Source: Patescibacteria group bacterium (GTDB lineage: Bacteria > Patescibacteriota > Patescibacteriia > 2-02-FULL-49-11). Taken from it: 64,000 bases of DNA. The notes under the pieces were generated by a model. The model was not told the DNA's origin. It searched no databases and saw only the letters and a list, made by a program, of their open reading frames with translations. Positions 1 through 8,820 of this stretch are shown piece after piece (position 1 is the stretch's first letter; every line of letters starts with the position of its first letter). A program made the position numbers and the translations under genes. The stretch is taken from positions 8,318 through 72,317 of the forward strand of contig JBAZQN010000007.1 in NCBI GenBank assembly GCA_041645165.1. The letters are read 5' to 3'.

Positions 1-650
1 TTCCCCACATCAGTGTCATATCCGCGCTCTTTGAGCACCACCCCGAGCGCATGGAATACTGCAACGCCTACCCGCACTTTCTCCCGCGCGCCTTTTCCGC
101 ACAAGGGCACTACCATGATTTCCTGCACATCAAGATTATTGTCCGCATGCGCGCCGCCGTTGAATATATTGAACATCGGCGTCGGCAGCCTGCTGATATT
201 TCGATCATTCTTCACCGGATGCTTCAGGTATAATGCGTGTAAATATGCAAAGAGCTCCATTCCCTGCGCTTGCGCCGCCGCGCGCGCGCAGGCAAAGGAC
301 ACGCCAATGGTGGCATTGCCTCCTAGGCGCGCCTTTTGGGGCGTGCCGTCAAACACGAGCATAGTCGCGTCAATGCGCTCCTGATCGCGCACATCCATGC
401 CTTTGAGGCGCGCGCCGATCTTTGCGACATTGGCGGATGCACGCAGCACTCCCTTACCCCGGTAGCGCTTCGCATCCCCGTCCCTCAATTCTACCGCCTC
501 GTGCGAGCCTGTGGACGCGCCTGAAGGCACCCCTGCCTTGGCCACAATCCCGCTCTCGAGCGCGACGGAAACCTCAAGAGTCGGGTTGCCGCGGGAATCA
601 AGTATTTCCCGGGCGCATATATTCTTTATAGAAAACTTTTTATGAATCAT
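1..650 (-). CDS. eno: Enolase, N-terminal part (runs off the window edge)
   Basis: Manual minus-strand translation from ATG at 650: MIHKKFSIKNICAREILDSRGNPTLEV...VPSGASTGSHEAVELRDGD...LGGNATIGVS...PMFNIFNGGAHA, the enolase signatures. Absent from the ORF track because no stop lies in the window. Confidence 0.97.
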   Translation of the reverse strand, partial: MIHKKFSIKNICAREILDSRGNPTLEVSVALESGIVAKAGVPSGASTGSHEAVELRDGDAKRYRGKGVLRASANVAKIGARLKGMDVRDQERIDATMLVFDGTPQKARLGGNATIGVSFACARAAAQAQGMELFAYLHALYLKHPVKNDRNISRLPTPMFNIFNGGAHADNNLDVQEIMVVPLCGKGAREKVRVGVAVFHALGVVLKERGYDTDVG

Positions 651-690
651 ATCAAATTCTTAATTCTAAATTCTATATTCTTTATTCTCT
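651..690. repeat. 7-nt periodic tract (ATTCTAA/ATTCTAT/ATTCTTT) between pgk and eno
   Basis: atcaaattcttaattctaaattctatattctttattctct. Confidence 0.6.
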
Positions 691-1944
691 CAATGGTTTT
701 AGTCCCGGCAATTCCTGTCCTGACAAAAATGCGAGCATCGCTCCTCCGCCCGTTGATACGAACCCAAACTGATCTCTCACTCCCGCCTGATCCACCAGAT
801 CCAGCGTGTCTCCACCGCCGATAACGGTAAAAGAAGGCGTTTTGACCAGATTTTTGGCAAGATCGATACTTGAACGGGCGAATAATGGCACTTCAAAATA
901 ACCAAGAGGCCCGTTCCATACCGTAAGCTTAGAGCGCGAGGCTGAAGCTACCATCGCTTTCACGGTCTGAGGCCCGATATCGTAAATAAATTCATCATCT
1001 CTTACCTCATCAACCGCACAATGGCGCAGTCCTCTTCCTTTGGCATCCTGCGCAACCGTGACATCAACCGGAAGCTGCACTTTTTCCCAACCAGGAAAAG
1101 AAAGCACCTCTTCAAATCCCTTCATGGTCATCGAAAGCCCAACGGGTTTTCCTTGGTAGGAGAGGATGGTATTGGCGGCCGCGCCACCGATAAAGAGCGC
1201 ATCCACGCGCGGCAGCATGTTTTTAATAATCGGCAGTTTCGTTTCAAGTTTCACGCCGCCTAAGATCAAGGTAAAGGGATGCGCGGGATTATCCACGAGC
1301 GTACTTAAATGCGCGACCTCGTCTATGAGAAGCGCTCCTGCAAAACTCGGTACCAGTTCGGTGATGGCGGCAACAGATGCGTGCTTCCTGTGGGAAGCGG
1401 AAAACTGGTCATTCACAAAATAATCCGCGTGGTGCGTAAGAGAGCGCGCGAACTCCGGATCATTCGCTTCCTCTTCGGGGTGGAAACGCACATTTTCAAG
1501 CAGCACGAGGTCGCCCGGCCGCGCGTGGTCTATTACTTCTTCCGTAGCAATACCTGTGCAGTCCGGTGCGCATAAAATGAGCGCCGTGCGCTTACCCTGC
1601 ACGCGAGAAGGCGGCACGGCGCCACGTTCAAAATTCGTCCATACCACTTCATTGGGAATACCCTGCTGGATAAGCAAGCCGCTCAAACAATGCGCTATGG
1701 GGCGCACACGCAGCTCTTCGCGCACCATCCCCTTTGGCCTTCCTACGTGGGTCAAGAGCACCACGACCGCGCCCTGTTCCATGAGGTAGGTAATGGTGGG
1801 CAAAGAACGTTTGATCCGCCAGCCGCCGTGCGGATCAACTTCATAACCGCCACTCAAAGGGCGCAACGGCACGTTGAAATCCACGCGGACAAGGACGCGC
1901 TTTCCCGCGAGATCTTTGACCGAACGTATGTCACGGAGTTGCAT
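682..1944 (-). CDS. pgk: Phosphoglycerate kinase
   Basis: RVDFNVP, THVGRP, LLENVRF, WNGPLG, GGGDT and STGGGAML motifs. Confidence 0.98.
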   Translation of the reverse strand: MQLRDIRSVKDLAGKRVLVRVDFNVPLRPLSGGYEVDPHGGWRIKRSLPTITYLMEQGAVVVLLTHVGRPKGMVREELRVRPIAHCLSGLLIQQGIPNEVVWTNFERGAVPPSRVQGKRTALILCAPDCTGIATEEVIDHARPGDLVLLENVRFHPEEEANDPEFARSLTHHADYFVNDQFSASHRKHASVAAITELVPSFAGALLIDEVAHLSTLVDNPAHPFTLILGGVKLETKLPIIKNMLPRVDALFIGGAAANTILSYQGKPVGLSMTMKGFEEVLSFPGWEKVQLPVDVTVAQDAKGRGLRHCAVDEVRDDEFIYDIGPQTVKAMVASASRSKLTVWNGPLGYFEVPLFARSSIDLAKNLVKTPSFTVIGGGDTLDLVDQAGVRDQFGFVSTGGGAMLAFLSGQELPGLKPLRE

Positions 1945-2026
1945 GAATATACTATACCAAAAAAAACCTTTAAGTTCTAGGATGGACTAAATTATAATTC
2001 CCATCTTACAATAAATTATGGAAACC

Positions 2027-2090
2027 GCCCCTCAAAGTCCCCTCCTTACTAAGGAGGGGATGGGGAGGTCTCCTTAGTGAGAGGGATTGA
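2027..2090. repeat. CCCCTCCTT-N-AAGGAGGGG-type hairpin repeat
   Basis: cccctccttactaaggagggga tggggaggt; related hairpins at ~9971-10008 and ~10584-10645. Confidence 0.55.
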
Positions 2091-2128
2091 AATTCCGTTA
2101 CAATCAATTATCACCATTCTTTTCACTT

Positions 2129-2986
2129 TTACTGCGAGGTTCGTGAGGTAATCACTATTATCTTCTTCTCCCCTTCTTCTATTTTCTCCTTCTCCCCGGG
2201 AAAATCGTGAATAGCGTTCCAGATAACCTCATAAGGATAGCGATATCCTTCGCCGCGGCGCGTACCGACGTCATTAGTGATGAATTCCTGTTTCTCATCG
2301 TCAAATCCGCGGACCACTATCATATGGTACCAAGGTCCGGGCTGGCGGAAATATGGATTTTTTAAAAGCCGGCCTGCCATTGGCGCGATGACTAAATTCC
2401 CTCCTTTCAAAATCTCTTTCACCTCTTCCACCCCCTTAACCTCTTTAACCTCAACTCCGATCCCATACACCTGACGCCCGATCTCCGCGGTGCGTTCGGC
2501 ATCACTGTCGCGGTAATCGCCATACTGTTCCTTTTGGTACGACACAAGCTTTAAAATTTCATCTCGCATTTCTTCTTGGGTAAGCGTTTCCATATGGTGC
2601 GCGAAACGGTTCGCAAGCGCCAAGGCCGCCTCTTCGCACGCTTCTCCCCACGGCTCCCGCCAATCGCCAAACGGCGCCTGAGGCTGAAAAGGAACCGGCA
2701 GTACGACGTTATCCGACCTATCCTCCCTCTCAGTCTTATCTATCATATCCGCCGTATCCGACTTATTCGTTCCATCAGCCTTATCCGAATTAATATTTGC
2801 CTTATACGACCTATCGGTCTTATCCGTCCTCTTAGTCTCACCTATGATATCTAACCTATCCACTGTATGTGACTTATCCGTCCTATCAATCCTATAAAAA
2901 GAATCCTCCGGAATAGGAAGGCTTAATCGATACGCAACCACTATCCCTAATAGAATGCTAAGAGCAATGACCGCGGTCCATTTCAT
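2129..2986 (-). CDS. Secreted or membrane-anchored C39-like peptidase with a D-x-x low-complexity linker
   Basis: N-terminal hydrophobic helix; VPFQPQAPFGDW..ACEEAA, YHMIVVRGFD and ITNDVGT motifs of Peptidase_C39_2-like proteins. Confidence 0.8.
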   Translation of the reverse strand: MKWTAVIALSILLGIVVAYRLSLPIPEDSFYRIDRTDKSHTVDRLDIIGETKRTDKTDRSYKANINSDKADGTNKSDTADMIDKTEREDRSDNVVLPVPFQPQAPFGDWREPWGEACEEAALALANRFAHHMETLTQEEMRDEILKLVSYQKEQYGDYRDSDAERTAEIGRQVYGIGVEVKEVKGVEEVKEILKGGNLVIAPMAGRLLKNPYFRQPGPWYHMIVVRGFDDEKQEFITNDVGTRRGEGYRYPYEVIWNAIHDFPGEKEKIEEGEKKIIVITSRTSQ

Positions 2987-3732
2987 ATTCGCAGCACTGA
3001 CGTATAGATATCATCCCGCGGATGAATCTTCAATTTACCTCTTTCGCCTCTGGTAATAAACGTAACCGGCGCATCCTCGATGACTGCGATTGGCGTGCGC
3101 TCGTCTCCCTCGCCCATCGCAAGGACTGCCGCGCTCGCGAGGCAATCCGCGGCTGACACTTTGGTCATCCGCAAGCGCCTCCCCATTAAATCTTTTTTTC
3201 CCACGTAATTCTTTTGTCCTTCAAATCCAAAATACCCTAATGCAATGCCTATGACACCGTGCCGCAAAGGCATAGTCCATGAATCAGTAATAAGCACGCC
3301 GAGCCGTTTCACTTTGTAACGCTGTTTAAACGCATCGTGCAAACGCTTTGCGCTTTCAAAGGCATTCTTAGGCCAAAGAATAAATCCGCCAAACGCATTG
3401 GACTCGTCGATGCCTGCATTGGGAATGAGCATCCCATTCTTTAATGCAAGCCAGCAATGCTCGCTCGGCCACACCTTGTCCGCTTCCTTCCGTACTAATA
3501 TCTCTAGCTGCTTTTCTCTTTCTCTATCTGCGTGAATCTGCGTTTTAGGCAAGCGTGACGATCTGCGTATATCCGCGTCTTTGGGTATGAATCTCCCTTC
3601 GCTTAAACTTACCACTTTTGAAGTAATCGCAATCACACTGCCTTCTTTCACACGGAGAAGCGCGCGATGAATTATCTTAGTGATATCATCACCCGTTTTC
3701 ACTAACGGTGTTTTTATGGGGGTTATATGCAT
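2983..3732 (-). CDS. Coenzyme F420-0:L-glutamate ligase-like (gamma-glutamyl ligase family) protein
   Basis: ITSKVVS, PNAGIDESN, VLITDS...PLRHG, MGEGDERTPIAVI. Confidence 0.88.
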   Translation of the reverse strand: MHITPIKTPLVKTGDDITKIIHRALLRVKEGSVIAITSKVVSLSEGRFIPKDADIRRSSRLPKTQIHADREREKQLEILVRKEADKVWPSEHCWLALKNGMLIPNAGIDESNAFGGFILWPKNAFESAKRLHDAFKQRYKVKRLGVLITDSWTMPLRHGVIGIALGYFGFEGQKNYVGKKDLMGRRLRMTKVSAADCLASAAVLAMGEGDERTPIAVIEDAPVTFITRGERGKLKIHPRDDIYTSVLRI

Positions 3733-3733
3733 A

Positions 3734-4627
3734 TCAGCCTGCGTCCTGCATTTTTAAAATCTTTTCAATCACCTGGACTGCGCCATCCTCCTCCACAGGT
3801 GGCGCAATATAATCAGCAATTTCTTTCAGAGAGGAAACTGCATTGCCCATCGCTACCTTGTAACCGCATGCCATGAGCAGAGGGAAATCATTCTCATCAT
3901 TCCCTACTCCCACTATATTCTGCAGCGGCACCCCAGTTACTTTGGAGAGCTCGAACACACCGTGCTGTTTGGTTGCTTGGCTATGGGTAATGTAAATACC
4001 GACCATCCCCGCGTTCCTTATTTCTTTATGCGTAGAACGTACGACCGCATACGCAATATCAGAGAATTGATGGAGTATGCGCCGCGCCTCATCAAGCGCC
4101 CCTGGCTTCAGATACCATACCAGATAGGTGAACTTCGTATAGTCGAGTGATGAATGTACTGCCGGCGTCAACACTTTTAAAGGAGTGCGCATCCGTGGTA
4201 TTCGTCCTTGTTCTAATGGCTCTTTCACTAGATTAGCGTATAGCTGCGCATACGCGGAAGAATCAAACATTATCCTGCCTGTATGGGCATAAAAGGCTGC
4301 ATTCTGCCCGAGCAAGAGAGAGATGAGTTCCTTTGCTTCCGGTGCGTTAAGATAGCAGGTCCACAAATCCTTCCTTTTTTGGGGATCATACAAACGTGCG
4401 CCTCCCGCTAATACCACGGGCGCGGTGATGCTAAGCCATTCATTGACGGATTCAAATGCGTGAATCTCCCTTCCGGTTACCACGCTTATAAATATTCCTT
4501 TCTCCTGCGCATGTTGCACGGCGTCCCGTACGCATTGCGTAGGAGGAGTACGCGCCCCTGCGATGAGAGTGCCATCAATATCAAATAAAATTGCCTGAAT
4601 ACTTTTTAAACTTTTATGAGAATACAT
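3734..4627 (-). CDS. Cof-type HAD-IIB hydrolase
   Basis: FDIDGTL, VTGR, K..GV and GNDEND...AMGNA motifs. Confidence 0.9.
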   Translation of the reverse strand: MYSHKSLKSIQAILFDIDGTLIAGARTPPTQCVRDAVQHAQEKGIFISVVTGREIHAFESVNEWLSITAPVVLAGGARLYDPQKRKDLWTCYLNAPEAKELISLLLGQNAAFYAHTGRIMFDSSAYAQLYANLVKEPLEQGRIPRMRTPLKVLTPAVHSSLDYTKFTYLVWYLKPGALDEARRILHQFSDIAYAVVRSTHKEIRNAGMVGIYITHSQATKQHGVFELSKVTGVPLQNIVGVGNDENDFPLLMACGYKVAMGNAVSSLKEIADYIAPPVEEDGAVQVIEKILKMQDAG

Positions 4628-4636
4628 ACACGAGCG

Positions 4637-5128
4637 CTAACGCGCTATGGGTATTATAAACGCCCGATTCGCCCGATACGATCCCTTTCCATATTCTGCA
4701 GCGCCGTATTCGAGGGAAAAGGCAAGTTCATAATCGCCGCATGCATCGGTGCACTCTTCCGGCAACGCGCGGAATTGGTATGAATAGTTTTGATTAATAT
4801 CCGCGGGTATGGGATTTAAAAAAACAGCTGCTCCCTCGCCGCAACTCTCGTCTGATCCGAGAAACCCTTTTTGTGCAGATCCTGCACAGAGCTGCCCGCC
4901 GCCATCCTTTCCTAAGGTGACCTGATCACCCGCGGGAAAGGATCCCTGCTGTTTGAAATATTCCTGCAATGCCACGCGAATATCTTTTATATCATCCAAT
5001 CTTCCCCTATCGCGCGCTTCCGCCTGCTTCGACCTCACCCCCATCACCACCACCGCGCCAATAAAACAAAAAATAAGGACAAGACCAAGGTATTCCAAGA
5101 GTCTTTTTCGAGGAAGAATGATTGGCAT
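4637..5128 (-). CDS. Pilin/T2SS-G-like protein
   Basis: N-terminal TM helix, then ARD..RL.DIK.I..AL..YF...G.FP and IPAD...YSY, typical of CPR pilin-like proteins; prepilin motif degenerate. Confidence 0.65.
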   Translation of the reverse strand: MPIILPRKRLLEYLGLVLIFCFIGAVVVMGVRSKQAEARDRGRLDDIKDIRVALQEYFKQQGSFPAGDQVTLGKDGGGQLCAGSAQKGFLGSDESCGEGAAVFLNPIPADINQNYSYQFRALPEECTDACGDYELAFSLEYGAAEYGKGSYRANRAFIIPIAR

Positions 5129-5159
5129 ATTAGACACTTCTTACCAATATCATGATATT

Positions 5160-5270
5160 TAAACCAAAAATCCAAAATTCAAATGCCAAATGAAGCTCAA
5201 AGCACAAATATATAAATTTTGACATTTGGATTTTGATATTCCTTTGAACTTTTGATTTTGAACTTTGACT
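5160..5270. repeat. Intergenic imperfect hairpin of 7-nt periodic units (copy A)
   Basis: Left arm aaatccaaaattcaaatgccaaatg; right arm catttggattttgatattcctttgaacttttgattttgaactttg. Confidence 0.75.
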
Positions 5271-5669
5271 TTACTCACTGCCTCGCTCTTCCCCCAGCCT
5301 TTTCGCGAGCATCCTCTGCTCTTCGAGCGTGTCAATAATGTCGCCTTCGAATCGCCAATGGGTGATCGAGTTTTTGCCGAAAGGGTTTGCATGGATATGC
5401 TCGGTCACCGCGGGGATATTGAGTTCCGCACCGCGCAGCAGCTCATGCACGACCGGCTCGCCATCGTTCCCAAACACGGTCACCATGGATTCCCCCTCGA
5501 TCTGCTTAAGCCGCTCCTCGACCGGGCGATGGTGCCTCTGCATTTCCTTTCCCGGCGGCAGTTCTAAATATCCCTCGCTCTTCGCATGGGTAGCGCTCGC
5601 GATATAGACGGTATAACCGCCGAGGTCTAACCGCTCGGCATCTTGCAATTGGGGAATGGGGGTGGACAT
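5271..5669 (-). CDS. Cupin-domain protein
   Basis: LPPGKEMQRHHRPVEERL..IEG and IPAVTEHIHAN cupin motifs; ATG at 5669 preferred over the longer ORF-track start. Confidence 0.7.
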   Translation of the reverse strand: MSTPIPQLQDAERLDLGGYTVYIASATHAKSEGYLELPPGKEMQRHHRPVEERLKQIEGESMVTVFGNDGEPVVHELLRGAELNIPAVTEHIHANPFGKNSITHWRFEGDIIDTLEEQRMLAKRLGEERGSE

Positions 5670-5677
5670 AATATTTA

Positions 5678-5829
5678 AAATAATTTTCAATTCTCAATTT
5701 TCAATTTCTCCCTCTTCGCGGGATCCCGCGTAGCGGGACAATCAATGTCGCAATGAATCAATTTTCAAACATTGCATCATTGATTCATTGAAAATTAATT
5801 GAAAATTGGTATTTGAAAATTGGAAATTA
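5678..5829. repeat. 7-nt periodic hairpin element (copy B) with a nested GC-rich hairpin at ~5711-5739
   Basis: aattttcaattctcaattttcaattt ... ttgaaaattaattgaaaattggtatttgaaaattggaaatt. Confidence 0.8.
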
Positions 5830-6768
5830 CTCACTGGGTTCTCCTACAATCTCCTTCCTCACCTCCTCCAAATACCCCACCACCATTTGTCGGCATAATT
5901 CCTGTTCCTCAACGCTTTCAATCGCCGCGCACTCCTCTACATTGCCCGTCACCAAGGCGCGGCAAAGCGCTTGCTGGCGTATGCTTTCAAATGCATTGCA
6001 TGACTCTGGCTGGCGCGCGTACGCGATGCAGAGGAATTTCAGCTGCGAGCTCTCAGGACTTACAGAATCACAAAAATCTGGGGGCAGCGTGTCACCCGCA
6101 CTCGCCGCGGCTATTGCCACTTGCGTAAAGCATGAATCGCGCTTGACCCCTTCTTCCTGCGTCTCGCAATAGGCAAGCGATTGGGTAAGCGCTGCGGAGA
6201 TATTCTCCTCCCCTCCCGCACCCGCAGGCGCGGACGAGTAAGTCACGTCAAGCGCCCCCCACGCCGCGATCCGCACGGCAACCAATACGCACACCGCAAC
6301 GATGAGCAATCTGCCGCTGCCTTTGTGAAAATCCTCATCTTCCTCTTGCGAAAAAAACCACTTGATTTGGAATAGCCCTATAAGCAGCACCACCAACGCC
6401 GTGATGCAGAGCAAAATGCCTGCGACAAACCCTGCGACCCACCACCTCCCCAGTTGTGAAGGCCATGAGGCCGCCGCAAAGCTCGTTCCCACTACGCTGG
6501 CCATCATGGCAACAACGACCTGCAGCACCATCAGCCCCCACCCCCACTTCTTGCGCTTCCACAGGCCCACTGCAGTAACAAGCACGAATACGCCTGCCAG
6601 AAATAATAACACCTTCAACTGCGGCGCAAGCGCCACGCTCGTGCGAACTCGCGCAAGGCTTATCACTGCCGCAGGCGCGAACGCAACCGCCAGCAGCGCT
6701 AATCCCGTCGCCGCGCGCTCGAGTGCCACTACCTTCACGCCCCATGCAATATTTAATTGTTTATGCAT
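5827..6768 (-). CDS. Multi-pass membrane protein with a C-terminal Cys-repeat domain
   Basis: Several hydrophobic helices, then regularly spaced Cys (C..I......C pattern); start may be 6783. Confidence 0.6.
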   Translation of the reverse strand: MHKQLNIAWGVKVVALERAATGLALLAVAFAPAAVISLARVRTSVALAPQLKVLLFLAGVFVLVTAVGLWKRKKWGWGLMVLQVVVAMMASVVGTSFAAASWPSQLGRWWVAGFVAGILLCITALVVLLIGLFQIKWFFSQEEDEDFHKGSGRLLIVAVCVLVAVRIAAWGALDVTYSSAPAGAGGEENISAALTQSLAYCETQEEGVKRDSCFTQVAIAAASAGDTLPPDFCDSVSPESSQLKFLCIAYARQPESCNAFESIRQQALCRALVTGNVEECAAIESVEEQELCRQMVVGYLEEVRKEIVGEPSE

Positions 6769-6847
6769 ATCAGCGTAACACATTAACCATCCAATTCTGC
6801 CACCATTTTACCATCCTTCACCCATCCGCGCCACTAAATTAATCAGC

Positions 6848-7065
6848 CATATCCGTCTTATCCCATCCTATCCGACTTATCCGTTCCTATCCGATCCATT
6901 CCGCTTATCCGTCTTATCCCAATATCTCCGACTTATCCGTTCCTATCCGATCCATTCCGCTTATCCGTCTTATCCCACCTATCCGTCTTATCCCAACCTC
7001 TCAAATCTAATCAACCTATCAGACCTATTCTGACTTATCCGTCTTATAATCCTATCCGCCACCTC
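6848..7065. repeat. ~9-nt periodic tract (TATCCGWCY), containing an exact 51-bp duplication (6871-6921 = 6927-6977)
   Basis: atccgtcttatcccatcctatccgacttatccgttcctatccgatcc...; G-poor on the + strand. Confidence 0.85.
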
Positions 7066-7206
7066 TCGCCCACCTTTCAACTTCCAGCTTCTAACTTCTC
7101 CCACTTTCTCCTTGACACAGAGAGATAATACATGGTAAACCAGACTAATTAAATCCATCTTAATAATTCACTAAAATCGTTTCATTAACAAGAAAGGAGG
7201 TACGCC

Positions 7207-7947
7207 ATGCGTACCCAAACAATCGTACTAGGGGTCCTGGGGATTTTTATATTCTCAATTTTTTTCATCAGCTGTGGCAAGACTCCCCCACCCCCCGGTT
7301 CTGTCCTTGCGTTCTGGGACGGCGTTAGCGGTGGGCTGGAGGATATCCTAAAAGGAGACGTCCAGGTTCTGCTCCCCCAGTCACCAGGCGATTGGGTCCT
7401 CCAGGAATCAGAAAAATCCCCGACTGACAAAGGGCTGACCGGCCTTAAGGGGGTCTATTTCTCCGGAGAAGGGGTATCACCGGCAGAATGGGGTCTTTAC
7501 CTTTGGGATGGGAAAAATTGGCAATGTTCTAATTTAATTATTATGCCATCCCCGCAACTATGGAATACCACGGGGGTCATGGCTCTGGAAACGGGCCATG
7601 CCGAATTTAAAGGTTGGTGGTGGAGACTCGTAATGAGGATCCATAGTAAGGAATTGATTTTCCTACCAGAACAGGATCACACCTTCAAGGAGGTGCTGGA
7701 TTTCCATCCAACATTTTATCGAGTAACAATAAAAGGATTTACACTCGATAAAAAAGGAAATTTTTCTAGGCAAACATTCACATCTGACCTAGAGCCTGGA
7801 TGGGGTACCGAGTATAATCCTCGCCTATGGCCGGTATCGCTGGCTAATAAAAGCGCCTACGAAGATGTTTTCAGCTTTCTCGAAGCGTTATTCAAAAACC
7901 TGGGAGGAGTTTCTCTCCAGAAAGGAGGCGCGCCCCTCGAGCCTTAA
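7207..7947 (+). CDS. Putative lipoprotein of unknown function
   Basis: AAGGAGG SD at ~7194; hydrophobic signal ending FISC|GK; TTGACA at 7112 upstream. Confidence 0.65.
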   Translation: MRTQTIVLGVLGIFIFSIFFISCGKTPPPPGSVLAFWDGVSGGLEDILKGDVQVLLPQSPGDWVLQESEKSPTDKGLTGLKGVYFSGEGVSPAEWGLYLWDGKNWQCSNLIIMPSPQLWNTTGVMALETGHAEFKGWWWRLVMRIHSKELIFLPEQDHTFKEVLDFHPTFYRVTIKGFTLDKKGNFSRQTFTSDLEPGWGTEYNPRLWPVSLANKSAYEDVFSFLEALFKNLGGVSLQKGGAPLEP

Positions 7948-7985
7948 GGCTCAACACATGGCTTTATCGCAACGCTGCAAAAATC

Positions 7986-8016
7986 AAAGCCGCCTTGAAT
8001 TTATCGGGCGGCTTTT
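7986..8016 (+). terminator. Probable intrinsic terminator
   Basis: aaagccgcc-ttgaatttatcg-ggcggctttt. Confidence 0.6.
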
Positions 8017-8047
8017 ACGTCGTCCAGATTCAATGCGAGAATCCAAC

Positions 8048-8250
8048 CACCGACTTACCCGTTCCTATTTCAACTTATCTCATCCCATCCGATCAATCCA
8101 ACTTATCCGTTCCTATCCGACCTATTCCACTTATCCAGATCTATTCCAGTCTTTGCAATCCAACCACCAACATATCCATTCCTATCCGTCCTATCCCATC
8201 CTATCCGACCTATCCACTCTTATCCGCCTTATAATCCTATCCGCCACCCC
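8048..8250. repeat. Second ~9-nt periodic TATCC tract
   Basis: Same unit family as 6848-7065; both tracts end in TTATAATCCTATCCGCCACC. Confidence 0.8.
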
Positions 8251-8386
8251 CATTCCATCCTCCAACTTCCAGCTTCTATATTCTAACTTCTCCTCTCGCT
8301 CCCTTTGACAAATCTCTTCCCACCCTGTATCTTATCAACTCAACACTAAAAATTCCAAAATCGAAAAACAAAAAAGAAAGGAATTT

Positions 8387-8578
8387 ATGCTAGTAAAAAT
8401 TAATCTTCACGGGCGACTGACAATTAAAGATGCCGTCGCCCAACTCCTTCCACATCGGCATATCTATAAATTAACCTCCCTTGATGAATCAGTCCTAATA
8501 ATAAGCAGAGGTACTGATGCCGACATAGACACGCTTCGAGCGAAAGGACTGGAAGCGGAAAAAGTGGAAGGAAAATAA
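8387..8578 (+). CDS. Small hypothetical protein (63 aa)
   Basis: AAGGA SD, upstream TTGACA at ~8305, downstream hairpin aaaagccg...ccggctttt. Confidence 0.55.
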   Translation: MLVKINLHGRLTIKDAVAQLLPHRHIYKLTSLDESVLIISRGTDADIDTLRAKGLEAEKVEGK

Positions 8579-8644
8579 CCTTAAAAAAGCCGCGACTCTT
8601 GTCCGGCTTTTGCTTTTATAAAGCTTCAATTCAAAATCAATTAC

Positions 8645-8820
8645 TCACTTCAATCTTCTAACTCCTATCTTCCATCTTCCAGCTTCTAAATTCTATCTTC
8701 AAGATTCCAACTTCCATCTTCCAACTTCCCTTTCCTCCACAACTCATCAACTCAAAAACTCACAAACTAACTAATTGACTGATCAACTGATAAACCGACC
8801 AACTGACAAACTGAAAACTA
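8645..8820. repeat. 7-nt periodic (ATCTTCC/AACTTCC) tract followed by an 8-nt periodic (AACTCAYM/AACTGAYM) tract
   Basis: atcttccatcttccagcttctaaattctatcttcaagattccaacttcc... then aactcatcaactcaaaaactcacaaact...aactgataaaccgaccaactgacaaactga. Confidence 0.75.

Noticed and set aside
5159-5392. ORFs and N-terminal extensions through heptamer elements (also the 20453, 22670 and 22737 starts)
   Set aside because: W/I/G/K-rich low-complexity translations of repeat arms; better ATG starts lie downstream.
7865-8308. ORFs of 147 and 79 aa with YPT/IRP repeats
   Set aside because: Translations of the stop-poor 9-nt periodic tract; they cross a terminator.
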